Shown here: positions 39,775 to 49,199 of the stretch, piece after piece
How positions within the stretch are numbered: position 1 is the first letter of the stretch
How the letters are laid out: each line of letters opens with the position of its first letter
NCBI GenBank assembly: GCA_963759255.1
Contig: CAVWYQ010000001.1
Coordinates: 696,930 to 760,929 of the forward strand
Direction of reading: 5' to 3'
Source of the DNA: an uncultured Actinomycetota bacterium
GTDB lineage: Bacteria > Actinomycetota > Actinomycetes > Actinomycetales > JBBAYJ01
DNA: 64,000 bases
The notes under the pieces: model-generated
The model's database searches: none
The model's input: the letters and a program-made list of their open reading frames with translations, nothing else
Told to the model about the DNA's origin: nothing
Translations under genes and position numbers: made by a program

Positions 39775-41682
39775 TCAGGGCGTGACGATCGCGAAGTCGG
39801 GGTCCGGCTCGTCCATGGCGGCGAGCAGCCGACCGAGGGCCGCCGGGTCCCCGTCCACGCTGACGCCGGCCGCCACCAGGTCCGCCGGGTCCTGCAGACC
39901 CGACACCACGGCGGGGAGCGCCGCGGCCGGCAGGCGGAGGACGACGTCCGGGTCCGAGGACCAGGCGGCCGTGGTGCGGCTCAGCACACCGTTGCGGAGG
40001 GTCAGCCGGTACGACGTCCCGATGTCGACGAGCTCGACCCCGACCCTGATGTGCTCGTCCCAGCAGCGCGGGCCGTCCACCCGTACCGCCATGGCGTCGA
40101 ACAGCTGCTCCGGGGTGAGCTGGGCCAGCACGTCCGGGGACGCGGGGGTCACCGGGGTGCCGAAGCCGCCGGAGCGGAGCTCCGCGGCACCCGAGAGGTA
40201 GGCGCAGCGCCAGGTGCCGTTCTCCGCCCCGTAGCCGAGCTGCTCGTAGGTGTCGGCCAGGAGCCGGCGCGCCTGCGGGTGGTCCGGCTCGGCGAAGACC
40301 ACGTGGTTGAGCACCTCCGCCACCCACCGGAAGTCCCCGGCGTCGAACGACTCCTGCGCCTTCGCGACGACGGCGTCGGCTCCCCCCATGAAGGACACGT
40401 ACCGGCGGCCGGCTGCCTCCGGGGGGTGCTGCCACAGGTGCGCGGGGTTCCCGTCGTACCAGCCCATGTACCGCTGGTAGACGGCCTTGACGTTGTGGCT
40501 GACGGAGCCGTAGTAGCCGCGCGCGTGCCAGGCCCCCTCCAGCGCAGGAGGCAGCGGCAGCACCTCCGCGATCTCGGTCCCGGTCATGCCCTGGTTCATC
40601 AGCCGCACGGTCTGGTCGTGCAGGTAGGCGTAGAGGTCACGCTGGAGGGCGAGGAACTCCCCTCCCCGCTCCCGCCCCCAGGTCGGCCAGTGGTGGGAGG
40701 CGAAGAGCACCTCCAGCTGCCCTCCGAACAGGTCGATGGCCTCGGAGAGGTAGCCGGCCCAGGCGTGGGCGTCGCGGACCTGCGCACCCCTGATGGTGAG
40801 GATGTTGTGGAGCACGTGGGAGGCGTTCTCGGCCGTGCAGAGGGCTCGCCACCGTGGCAGGTAGAGGTGCATCTCGGCCGGCGCCTCGCTGCCCGGCGCC
40901 ATCTGGAACACCATCTGCACACCGTCCACCACCTCCTCCTGGCCCGTCGTCGTCACCTCGAGGGTCGGGGGGACGAGGCCGAACGTGCCGGTCGACGTCG
41001 TCTGGCCGAGCCCCGCGCCGACCTGACCCCGGGGACCGCGCGGCAGGGCGGCCCCGTACATGTAGCCGGCGCGCCGGGCCATGGCCGTACCTGCGTAGAC
41101 GTTCTCGCTCACGGCCTCCTTGACGAAGTCCGCCGGCGCCAGGACGGGGACCTGGCCGGAGTCGACGTCCTCCTGCCGGACCACGCCCCGGACGCCGCCG
41201 AAGTGGTCGGCATGGCTGTGCGTGTAGACCACCCCGGTCACCGGACGACCACCGCGCCGGCTGCGGTACAGGGCGAGCGCGGCCGCCGCGGTCTCGGCCG
41301 AGATGAGCGGGTCGATGACGACGACGCCGCGGTCACCCTCGACGAACGTCACGTTGGACAGGTCCAGACCGCGCACCTGGTAGATGCCGGGGACCACCTC
41401 GAAGAGCCCCTGGATCGCGGTGAGCATGCTCTGGCGCCACAGGCTGGGGTTCACCGTCGTCGGGGCGTCACCGGTCAGGAACCCGTAGCTGTCGTTGTCC
41501 CACACCACACGCTCACCCGCGCGCACCACCGCCGGTTCCAGCGCCACCATGAAGCCACGCCGTGCGTCTGCGAGGTCGGCGGTGTCGGAGAAGGGCAGCG
41601 TCGACGACAGCCGGGCGTGCTGCGCGCTGATCGCCGGGGTCGCCGCCCTGGGTGCCGTGCCTGTGGTCGTCGTGGCGGTCAT
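39775..41682 (-). CDS. Alkyl/aryl sulfatase (SdsA1/BDS1 family: MBL, dimerisation and SCP2 domains)
   Basis: NPSLWRQ, YTHSHADHFGG, SHHWP, RGYYGS, FAIVTP end. Confidence 0.94.
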   Translation of the reverse strand: MTATTTTGTAPRAATPAISAQHARLSSTLPFSDTADLADARRGFMVALEPAVVRAGERVVWDNDSYGFLTGDAPTTVNPSLWRQSMLTAIQGLFEVVPGIYQVRGLDLSNVTFVEGDRGVVVIDPLISAETAAAALALYRSRRGGRPVTGVVYTHSHADHFGGVRGVVRQEDVDSGQVPVLAPADFVKEAVSENVYAGTAMARRAGYMYGAALPRGPRGQVGAGLGQTTSTGTFGLVPPTLEVTTTGQEEVVDGVQMVFQMAPGSEAPAEMHLYLPRWRALCTAENASHVLHNILTIRGAQVRDAHAWAGYLSEAIDLFGGQLEVLFASHHWPTWGRERGGEFLALQRDLYAYLHDQTVRLMNQGMTGTEIAEVLPLPPALEGAWHARGYYGSVSHNVKAVYQRYMGWYDGNPAHLWQHPPEAAGRRYVSFMGGADAVVAKAQESFDAGDFRWVAEVLNHVVFAEPDHPQARRLLADTYEQLGYGAENGTWRCAYLSGAAELRSGGFGTPVTPASPDVLAQLTPEQLFDAMAVRVDGPRCWDEHIRVGVELVDIGTSYRLTLRNGVLSRTTAAWSSDPDVVLRLPAAALPAVVSGLQDPADLVAAGVSVDGDPAALGRLLAAMDEPDPDFAIVTP

Positions 41683-41767
41683 CTCGGACCTCTCCTTGAT
41701 CGTCACGTGCCCCGGCTGCCTGCCCGACGAGCACACCGAAGTCAACGACCGGACGCCGTCCCGTGCC

Positions 41768-41784
41768 TCATCCACCCGGGATGA
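41768..41784. promoter_or_regulatory. 17-bp palindrome TCATCC-N5-GGATGA (one of five related copies, 39719-43728)
   Basis: Perfect 6-bp inverted repeat between the divergent sulfatase and SHOCT genes. Confidence 0.6.
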
Positions 41785-41842
41785 GGTCCTCCCCGTCCAG
41801 GCGGCACCACCCTGTGACGTCTCCGACCGAAAGGTGAGTCGC

Positions 41843-42220
41843 ATGTCGTTCTGGGACGTGGTCTGGCTGCTCCTGCTCTCCTACCTGTTCCTCGCGTACC
41901 TCACGTTGCTCTTCAGCGTGCTGAGCGACCTGCTCCGCGACGACGAGACCGGCGGCGTCGTCAAGGCCCTGTGGGTGGTGTTCCTGGTCTTCCTGCCGTT
42001 CCTCGCCCTCCTGGCCTACCTGGTGGTGCGCGGGCGGGGCATGGCTGGCCGCTCGGCGGCGGCCGCCGGGCGCAACCGTGCCGCGGTGGACTCCTACGTC
42101 CGCGAGGTCGCCGGCACGACGTCTCCGTCACGGGAGGTCGCGGAGGCCAAGGCGCTCCTGGACCAGCAGGTCATCACGACCCAGGAGTTCGAGCGGCTGA
42201 AGGCCCGGGCACTGGCCTGA
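41843..42220 (+). CDS. PLDc_N plus SHOCT domain membrane protein
   Basis: DLLRD..GG.VKALW..FLPFL..YLVVRG; AKALLD..IT..EFERLKARAL. Confidence 0.9.
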   Translation: MSFWDVVWLLLLSYLFLAYLTLLFSVLSDLLRDDETGGVVKALWVVFLVFLPFLALLAYLVVRGRGMAGRSAAAAGRNRAAVDSYVREVAGTTSPSREVAEAKALLDQQVITTQEFERLKARALA

Positions 42221-42291
42221 GAAGAGGTGCGGCCGACCGGGGCGAGCCGGTCGCAGGCCTCGGGCACCCCCGGTCGCGACCGTCCCGGTGC

Positions 42292-42305
42292 GGGACCTTG
42301 GTCAC
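42292..42305. promoter_or_regulatory. DosR-box-like site upstream of the LuxR HTH gene
   Basis: GGGACCTTGGTCAC. Confidence 0.5.
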
Positions 42306-42382
42306 TGGGACGTCCGGGGGCGGCAGCGGTTGACTGCCAGAGCACGACAGGCTCCAGCCGCCGTGGAGACCAGGAGGACGCC

Positions 42383-42745
42383 GTGGCCGTCGACGGTAGG
42401 ACAGTGACGGGCCGGGGGGCCGGGGCGCCCGTCCCACGGCGGGCACCCGCTCCGCTGCTCCCGGACGTCGCCATGCCCGTGGAGCCCCTGACGGCGCGCG
42501 AGCTCGAGGTGCTGGGGCACCTGGCGGAGCTGATGTCGACGCAGGAGATCGCCGAGGCGATGTTCGTGTCGGTCAACACCGTGCGGACCCACATCCGCGG
42601 GCTCCTGCGCAAGCTGTCGGCGGCTCGCCGCAACGACGCCGTGCGGCGCGCCTGGGACCTGGGGCTGATCCAGAGGCACAGCGACTCGCTCCTGCCTCCT
42701 CCCCCGCTCCCCGTCGGCCTCTCGGTCGTCACCGGGTCCGGATGA
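42383..42745 (+). CDS. Stand-alone LuxR HTH regulator (MalT-type C-terminal domain only)
   Basis: EPLTARELEVL..L..STQEIAEAMFVSVNTVRTHIR.LLRKL..RRNDAVRRA; AGGAGG RBS. Confidence 0.82.
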   Translation: MAVDGRTVTGRGAGAPVPRRAPAPLLPDVAMPVEPLTARELEVLGHLAELMSTQEIAEAMFVSVNTVRTHIRGLLRKLSAARRNDAVRRAWDLGLIQRHSDSLLPPPPLPVGLSVVTGSG

Positions 42746-42824
42746 GCGCGCGAGGGACCGGGCTGGGTCGCCTCACGCGAAACGGGTGAGTGCGTGCGCC
42801 GCCCGGCCCGGCACCATCCGACGT

Positions 42825-42887
42825 CTGAGCACCACGTCGCCTGAGCATCGTGTCGCCTGAGCATCGTGTCGTCTGAGCATCGTGCAC
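42825..42887. repeat. 16-bp tandem repeat (CTGAGCATCGTGTCGY) x about 4
   Basis: Direct reading of the sequence. Confidence 0.85.
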
Positions 42888-42916
42888 CGGCGACCCACCC
42901 AGCAGCGAGGAGGCAC

Positions 42917-43525
42917 ATGTCCCGGCGTGGGCTGGAGCTCGTCGGCGTGCTGCTGCTGTCGCTCACGACCGTGCTCACGGCCTGGACGGGCTACCAGGCG
43001 AGCCGCTGGGGCGGGGCGACGTCGATCGCGTTCAACCAGGCATCCGCCACCCGGGTCGAGGCCTCCCGGCTGGACTCGGCCGCCGACGTGCGGCTGTCGA
43101 ACCACCTCGGCCTGTGGACCCAGTGGGTGGTGGCCACCGGCAGCGGTGACAGGGCGCTCGCGGGCTTCATCGAGGACCGGTTCCCCCCGGAGCTGCGACG
43201 GGCGCACCAGGCGTGGCTGGCGGAGGGGGGACCAGCGGCGGAGGCGGACTCACCCTTCTCGACCGCGGCCTACGTCCTGCCCGAGCGGCGCGGCGCGGCG
43301 CGGGCGTCGCGGCGGGCGGACGAGCTGGTGCAGCGTGCCCTGCTCAGCAACGTGCGCGCTGACGACTACACGCTCCTGACAGTCCTGTTCGCCACCGTCC
43401 TCTTCTTCGTCGCCATGTCGGGCCGCGTCACCGCTCTGCGGTCCCAGCTGCTGCTGCTCGCCCTGGCCGGACTGCTGGCCACGTCAGGGATCGTCCTGCT
43501 CGTGACGTTCCCCCGGCTGCTCTGA
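42917..43525 (+). CDS. Hypothetical 3-TM membrane protein
   Basis: GAGGAGG RBS; LTAWTGYQASRWGG...DDYTLLTVLFATVLFF. Confidence 0.8.
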   Translation: MSRRGLELVGVLLLSLTTVLTAWTGYQASRWGGATSIAFNQASATRVEASRLDSAADVRLSNHLGLWTQWVVATGSGDRALAGFIEDRFPPELRRAHQAWLAEGGPAAEADSPFSTAAYVLPERRGAARASRRADELVQRALLSNVRADDYTLLTVLFATVLFFVAMSGRVTALRSQLLLLALAGLLATSGIVLLVTFPRLL

Positions 43526-43815
43526 GGTGGCCCTCGTGCCCAGCAGGACGGGCGTCCACCATCGGGACGTCGCTGCGCGGACAGGCGGGCGTGCGCCGGC
43601 CCGGGCCCGCGGGGCTGCTGGGGTGCCCGACGGCCGTCGAGGGGGACGTCGGGGGCGCACGCCGGCGGGTCCCGCGGCACCCTGGCCCGGCTCACCTCGT
43701 CGTCGAGGCAGCCACCCGGGGCGGGTGATGCCGGACGGCGGGGTGGCTGGGACCTTCACCCCGTGATCTTCTGGAGCTCGTCGTGCGTCGGGTGGTCGTC
43801 AGAGGTGGGCCTCAG

Positions 43816-45024
43816 ATGAACCCTGTGCTGGCGTTCGCCGTGGTGATGCTCGTGTGGACGGTCAGCGACATCGTGGCGAAGAAGACGAAGTCGCTGCTGT
43901 CGTCGCTGTTCGTCGCCTCGATCATCTTCCTGGTGGGGTTCCTCACCGGGATCTTCCCCGACGACCTGCTGGCCAGCTCGTCCCTGCTCGGCCTCGCCGG
44001 CGTCGTGGTCGGCTTCATCATCGTCCACCTGGGCACCATGATCAGCCTCGACGACTTCCGCAAGCAGTGGAAGACGTTCCTCATCGGCCTCTCCACCGTC
44101 ATCGGCATCGGGATCACCCTGTGGGTGGCGAGCCTGCTGTTCGGGAGCCGGATCTCCGGCGCCGCCGAGGACGGCTACGCCCAGGCCCTCGACTTCGTCG
44201 CCGCCGGCACCGGCGCCCTCAGCGGCGGCACGATCTCCGTGCTCCTCATCCAGGAAGCCGCCCTCGGCGTCGGCCTGACCAGCATCGCGATCTTCCCCGT
44301 GCTCATCGCCGCCCTGCAGGGACTCGTCGGCTTCCCCCTGACCTCGATCATCCTGCGCCGGGAGGCAGCCCGGCTCAAGGACCAGTACCGCACCGGGAAC
44401 CTCGGACCCGTCGTGGACGTCGTCCACGAGGAGGAGGCGTCCACGGGCCGGCTCCCCGCCGCCCTGCGCACCACCGCCGGGACCCTGTTCGTCGTCGGGA
44501 TCGTGGTGCTGGTCTCCACCGGCGTCAACAACCTGACCGACGGGATCCTCAACACCTTCGTCGTCGCCCTCGTCCTGGGCATCGCCCTGCGCACCGCCGG
44601 CATCTTCAAGCCAGCCATCCTGTCCGGCATCGACTCCTTCGGGATCATGATGCTCGCCATCATGATCCTCATCTTCGGGCCCCTGGCGACCGTGGAGCCC
44701 TCCGACGTCGCCGACCTCGCCGTCCCGCTGCTGCTCGCGTTCCTGTTCGGGGTCGCCGGGATCGCCCTGTTCTCCGGCGCCGTCGGCACGGTGCTCGGCT
44801 ACTCCGTCCCGATGTCCATCGCGATCGGCCTCACCTCCCTGTACGGGTTCCCAGGCACCATGATCCTGTCCCAGGAAGCCGCCAAGGGCGCCGGGGAGTC
44901 CCCCGAGGAGATCGCCGCGATCGAGCACGAGATCCTGCCCAAGATGATCGTGGCCGGCTTCTCCACCGTCACCATCACCTCCGTCGTCGTCACCGGCTTC
45001 GTCGCCGGCTGGATCGGGCGCTGA
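43816..45024 (+). CDS. Multi-pass membrane protein, putative secondary transporter
   Basis: About 11 hydrophobic segments; SLYGFPGT..S.E, LPKMIVAGF. Confidence 0.8.
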   Translation: MNPVLAFAVVMLVWTVSDIVAKKTKSLLSSLFVASIIFLVGFLTGIFPDDLLASSSLLGLAGVVVGFIIVHLGTMISLDDFRKQWKTFLIGLSTVIGIGITLWVASLLFGSRISGAAEDGYAQALDFVAAGTGALSGGTISVLLIQEAALGVGLTSIAIFPVLIAALQGLVGFPLTSIILRREAARLKDQYRTGNLGPVVDVVHEEEASTGRLPAALRTTAGTLFVVGIVVLVSTGVNNLTDGILNTFVVALVLGIALRTAGIFKPAILSGIDSFGIMMLAIMILIFGPLATVEPSDVADLAVPLLLAFLFGVAGIALFSGAVGTVLGYSVPMSIAIGLTSLYGFPGTMILSQEAAKGAGESPEEIAAIEHEILPKMIVAGFSTVTITSVVVTGFVAGWIGR

Positions 45025-45035
45025 GCGGAGCCCGG

Positions 45036-45440
45036 ATGGCGACCTCGACCCGTGACCGGGGGCTGTCGGCCCACGTGGTCGACGTCTTCGTGTACGTGAC
45101 CGTCCTCAACCTCGCGGTGGAGCGCCTGCCGGGTGTGATCAGCGAGACCTTCACCCTGTCGCTGCTGACGGCCCTCCTGCTCAAGGTGGTCCTCGAGGTC
45201 GTGGTCGCCGTCAAGGCACGTGTCCTGGCACGGCTGCGGGGGGCCGGCACGGCGCTGCAGCGGCTCGCTGCGGTGGGCCTGCTGGCCCTCGTGCTCCCCG
45301 GGTCCAAGCTGGTGGTGCTCTGGGCCGTCGACCTGGCCTTCGGGGACTCGGTCCAGCTGGGAGGGTTCGTCCCGGTGACCGCCCTCGTCGTGGTCCTGCT
45401 GCTCGCCCGGCTGGGGGTGCGCCGGCTGCTCGACGGCTGA
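45036..45440 (+). CDS. Hypothetical membrane protein
   Basis: DVFVYVTVLNLAVE..ETFTLSLLTALLLK..SKLVVL..FGDSV.LGGF. Confidence 0.78.
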   Translation: MATSTRDRGLSAHVVDVFVYVTVLNLAVERLPGVISETFTLSLLTALLLKVVLEVVVAVKARVLARLRGAGTALQRLAAVGLLALVLPGSKLVVLWAVDLAFGDSVQLGGFVPVTALVVVLLLARLGVRRLLDG

Positions 45441-45565
45441 CGAGGGCGCCTCTGCCGCGCGGTGAGGCGCAGGAGCCCCACCGACGCACTGCCCCGGGCA
45501 CACCGAGGTCGGGACCTGGGCGGGCAGCAGCGCCGGGGGTCCCGCCGCCGGTGAGGAGTCACCCG

Positions 45566-47278
45566 TCAGTGGGTGGACACCACCTCCTGGTACCTGGCCA
45601 GGTGGGCGAGCGTGGCGTCGAGCTCCTCGGGCGTGGGGGCGGTCGGGTCGGCCGCGGGGGGCGGCGCCCCGAAGCGGAGCAGGCAGGCCATGAGCAGGAG
45701 CCGGGCCTTGGTGGCGGTGAGCGTGGAGCCCGCGACGAACAGGCTGCCGGGCACGGTCGGCACCATGCCCTCGGCGTTGCCGCGACCCACGTTGACCACC
45801 GGCATCCCGCTGAGCACCGCTCGACGCAGCACCGTGGTCATGGACTCGTCCGTGCGGCCGAACGGTGCGTTGCCCTCCAGGACGAAGCCCGACAGGGGCG
45901 AGCGCTCGAGGTTTCGCCGCATCCGGGCCAGCAGCTCCACCTCCTGCTCGGGGTCGTCGGAGGCGTCGTCCATGCCGTACCGCGCGTACTTGCACAGCGT
46001 GACCTTGGGCATCGCCGAGGCCAGCAGCCGCCCGCCGGACAGGACGGGCACCGGCACCTGCGCGACGCCGGACTCGGTCGCGGTCGCCCCCAGCACCTCC
46101 TCCGGCAGGGCCCGCATGTTGACCGCGGAGGTGTGCGTGTGCCGCTTGCTGGGGCGGAAGGTCAGCATCGGGTCCCCCGGCGCCCCGATCGTCGCGACGA
46201 TGCCACCGTGCCCGCCCGTGGCCACGTAGCCACCGGGTCGGGCGTCGCCCTTCTGCACGTCGCGGGAGGTGAACACCTGCTCCTCCTGCACCATCACCGC
46301 ACCGACCGTGTCCTTGCCGTCCTGGTCGGCCCAGATCCGTGAGCCGATGTAGGCCACGCTGTCGACGATGTTCCGGTCGCCGTCGTTCGACAGCGCCCCG
46401 TGCGGTCGCTGCGAGCTGTTCCCGCACAGCGGGACGGTGGTGTCGATGAGCAGGTTCAGCCAGTACATCGTCTCCTCGGTCGCCGGGCTGCCCTCGAGCC
46501 AGATGGCACCGTCGTAGGAGCCGTCGTCCAGCGTCTGCTGGACGGTGTTCGTCAGCCGGGCCAGGACCGGCAGCGCGGGCGCCTGGGCGAGGTGGCGCGG
46601 GCTGTAGAAGAAGAAGTCCTCGCCGCGGACCTCGGGCGCGATGTCACCGGTGCCGCTGTCGGTGCGGTCCGACTCGGCCAGACCGCGCTCGTAGCCGCCC
46701 GACGGGGCCGCCCGCACGAAGGTGAAGTCCGCCGCCCGGCTCAGCAGGCCGTTGCGTCCGGTCGCGTCCAGGCCGAACCGGTCGATCTCCTCCACCAGGC
46801 GGGAGGCGTCGGGCAGGAACGTCTGCCGGGCGAGCGCGTCCGGGGCCGCGGGGTGGGCGCAGTCACCGTCCCACGCGCTGCCGTCGGCCTGCCGGGCCAT
46901 GTACGGCAGGGGGTACAGGCCGTCCTCCGGGGACAGCACGGCCTCGTGCACCGGGACGTCGTGCTCGGACCGCCGCTCGGCGCTGACGGTCCCGTCGGGG
47001 GCCAGGTACCCGTCGGGCTCTGCGTACAGGTGCGCGGCGTCCCGCTCCAGCGGGTGGGCGGAGAACGCCTCGATGTAGACGGTGACGGGAGCGGCGAGGC
47101 GCTGGGGCCGCAGCGCGTCCCCGTGGGGGCCGACCGGGGGTGTCGGCAGCCCGTGCCGCCGCCTGGCCTGGTCGCTGGTGATGAGCGGTTCGGTGTTCTG
47201 GATGGTGGCGGTGGCGCCGGAGAACACGACGACGGACAGCCGGGAAGGGGCGGGCGGCAGGGGGACGGGGCTGGTCAT
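45566..47278 (-). CDS. Atypical asparaginase/glutaminase-fold protein
   Basis: FSGATATI, WLEGSPATEET, SQRPHG..SNDG..N, RDVQK, LTATKARLLLM. Confidence 0.8.
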   Translation of the reverse strand: MTSPVPLPPAPSRLSVVVFSGATATIQNTEPLITSDQARRRHGLPTPPVGPHGDALRPQRLAAPVTVYIEAFSAHPLERDAAHLYAEPDGYLAPDGTVSAERRSEHDVPVHEAVLSPEDGLYPLPYMARQADGSAWDGDCAHPAAPDALARQTFLPDASRLVEEIDRFGLDATGRNGLLSRAADFTFVRAAPSGGYERGLAESDRTDSGTGDIAPEVRGEDFFFYSPRHLAQAPALPVLARLTNTVQQTLDDGSYDGAIWLEGSPATEETMYWLNLLIDTTVPLCGNSSQRPHGALSNDGDRNIVDSVAYIGSRIWADQDGKDTVGAVMVQEEQVFTSRDVQKGDARPGGYVATGGHGGIVATIGAPGDPMLTFRPSKRHTHTSAVNMRALPEEVLGATATESGVAQVPVPVLSGGRLLASAMPKVTLCKYARYGMDDASDDPEQEVELLARMRRNLERSPLSGFVLEGNAPFGRTDESMTTVLRRAVLSGMPVVNVGRGNAEGMVPTVPGSLFVAGSTLTATKARLLLMACLLRFGAPPPAADPTAPTPEELDATLAHLARYQEVVSTH

Positions 47279-47292
47279 GGGGACCTCCAGGG

Positions 47293-48513
47293 TCAGTGGC
47301 CGGACCTGCGGCCGGTGGCGAACGCGATGACGAGGACGGTGGTGGCGAGCAGGAGCATGGCGGTCATGGTGAGGAAGGCGCCCTGGATCCCCAGCAGGGC
47401 CAGCAGCAGGCCGAACACCACCGGGTCGACCAGCTGGGCCGCGCGGTTCGCGGCCGAGCGCAGCCCCGCCGCGAGGCCACGCCGGTCGGCCGGGGTGTGC
47501 TCGGCCATCAGGGCCAGGGTGAGCGGCTGCGCGAAGCCCAGGGCGAACCCGTTGACCGCGGCGAGCACCAGCAGGACCGCGAGGTCGTCGGTGAGCACGA
47601 CCAGGCCCACGCTCACCGCACCGATCCCCAGGGTCAGCCCGACGAGCACGGCCGGTGCCAGCACGCGCATGAGCACGCCGAACAGCGGCTTGGCCAGGAA
47701 CGCGAACGCGGCGCCGGTGCTGAGCAGGGCCCCGACGACCAGCGGGGAGTAGCCGATGCCGCCGAGGTAGATCGGGTGGAACGCGGTCCGCAGGTCCAGG
47801 ACCACCAGGACGAGGAAGCTGGCGGAGACCGTGACCAGCACGGCGCGGACGCGCAGCAGCCGCCAGGCGTCGGCGTAGGAGCGGACCGCGCCCCGGCCGA
47901 ACCCGAGCCGAGGGGCGGCGCCCTCGTGGGCCGGCACCGCGGGGCGACGCAGGCTCAGCAGCAGGACGGCCAGCGAGAGGGCCATGAACACCCCGAAGCT
48001 CGCCCGGAAGCCCGCGGCCTCCGCGACCGCGCCACCGAGGAACGGTCCGACCAGCTGGCCGACGGCGACGAACAGGGAGAACGTCGCGATCCGTCGGTCA
48101 CGCTCCGCGCGGGACTCCTCCTGGACCGAGCGCGTGGCCGTGGCCTGCAGGGCCACCCACACCGCCAGGGTGCCGACGCCCAGCACGAGCTGGCCGGCCA
48201 CCACGGCCCCGAGCGACCCCGGCAGCAGCAGCCCGCCGCCGACGATCATCCCCGCGGAGCCGACGAGCAGCAGCCTCCGGTCACCGAACCGGTCCGCCAG
48301 GGACCCCAGCGGTACCGCGAACAGGGTCGGGAGCACGGCGAACGACGCGAGGGCGACGCTGGCCTGGGTGGCGGTGCCCCCGGTGCCGATGACGAACGGT
48401 CCGACCAGCGGCCGGAGCATGGTGTGCGCTGCCCAGTAGAGGATCGACAGCGACGCCAGGGTGGCCGCCCCTGCCGCCCTGGGCCTCAGCGCGGCAGCAG
48501 CTGTGGTGACCAC
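47293..48513 (-). CDS. MFS transporter
   Basis: GSLADRFGDRR motif A; about 12 TMs. Confidence 0.9.
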   Translation of the reverse strand: MVTTAAAALRPRAAGAATLASLSILYWAAHTMLRPLVGPFVIGTGGTATQASVALASFAVLPTLFAVPLGSLADRFGDRRLLLVGSAGMIVGGGLLLPGSLGAVVAGQLVLGVGTLAVWVALQATATRSVQEESRAERDRRIATFSLFVAVGQLVGPFLGGAVAEAAGFRASFGVFMALSLAVLLLSLRRPAVPAHEGAAPRLGFGRGAVRSYADAWRLLRVRAVLVTVSASFLVLVVLDLRTAFHPIYLGGIGYSPLVVGALLSTGAAFAFLAKPLFGVLMRVLAPAVLVGLTLGIGAVSVGLVVLTDDLAVLLVLAAVNGFALGFAQPLTLALMAEHTPADRRGLAAGLRSAANRAAQLVDPVVFGLLLALLGIQGAFLTMTAMLLLATTVLVIAFATGRRSGH

Positions 48514-49136
48514 TGCGCCGCGATCTCGGCACTGCTCGCGACCCGCCCGAAGTAGTTCTCGACGGTGCGGACCGTGGCGTCGTGGGACTCCTGGTGGTAG
48601 CTGGCGCAGCAGTCCTCCACCAGGGTGACGTGGTAGTCCGCGAACAGGCCGTCGCGCAGGGTCGACTCCACGCAGACGTCGGTCGCGACGCCGGTGAGCA
48701 GCAGGGACGTGCGGCCGGCGGTCCGCAGCACCACGTCGAGGTCGGTGCCGGCGAAGGCGGAGTACCGGTGCTTGACCACGACGGCCTCCCCCGGCTCGGG
48801 CGCGAGGAGGTAGAACTCCGCCCCCCAGCTGCCGCTCTGGCAGGTGCGGACGGCCGGGGCCCCGCCCTCGCCGGGCCAGCCACCGCGCCGGGCCAGCCAC
48901 ACCGGGCTGTCGGTGCTGGCGTCGTGGGTGGTCTGGATCCAGACCACCGGGGTCCCGGCCTGTCTGGCCGAGGTGAGCAGGCGGCCCAGGCGCGGCACCA
49001 TGGCGATGGCCGCCGACGGGTCGTTGCCGGCCTGGGCGCACACCCCGTCGGGGTGGCAGAAGTCGTTCTGCACGTCGACGACGACGACGGCGGCGATCGC
49101 GGGGTCGAACCTCGGGTCGGGTCCGTTGTCAGGCAT
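48486..49136 (-). CDS. Isochorismatase-family cysteine hydrolase (RutB-like)
   Basis: VDVQNDF, KHRYSAF, ATDVCVEST (D-K-C triad). Confidence 0.92.
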   Translation of the reverse strand: MPDNGPDPRFDPAIAAVVVVDVQNDFCHPDGVCAQAGNDPSAAIAMVPRLGRLLTSARQAGTPVVWIQTTHDASTDSPVWLARRGGWPGEGGAPAVRTCQSGSWGAEFYLLAPEPGEAVVVKHRYSAFAGTDLDVVLRTAGRTSLLLTGVATDVCVESTLRDGLFADYHVTLVEDCCASYHQESHDATVRTVENYFGRVASSAEIAAQWSPQLLPR

Positions 49137-49199
49137 GGCGTTGCTCCTCCAGCGTGGCGGGGTGGGTGGGGTGGGGCGCCGGTCGGGCAGCGGGGCGGG

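Noticed and set aside
42825-42887. 16-bp repeats as CRISPR or iterons
   Set aside because: Contiguous tandem copies without spacers and no rep gene; treated as a simple VNTR
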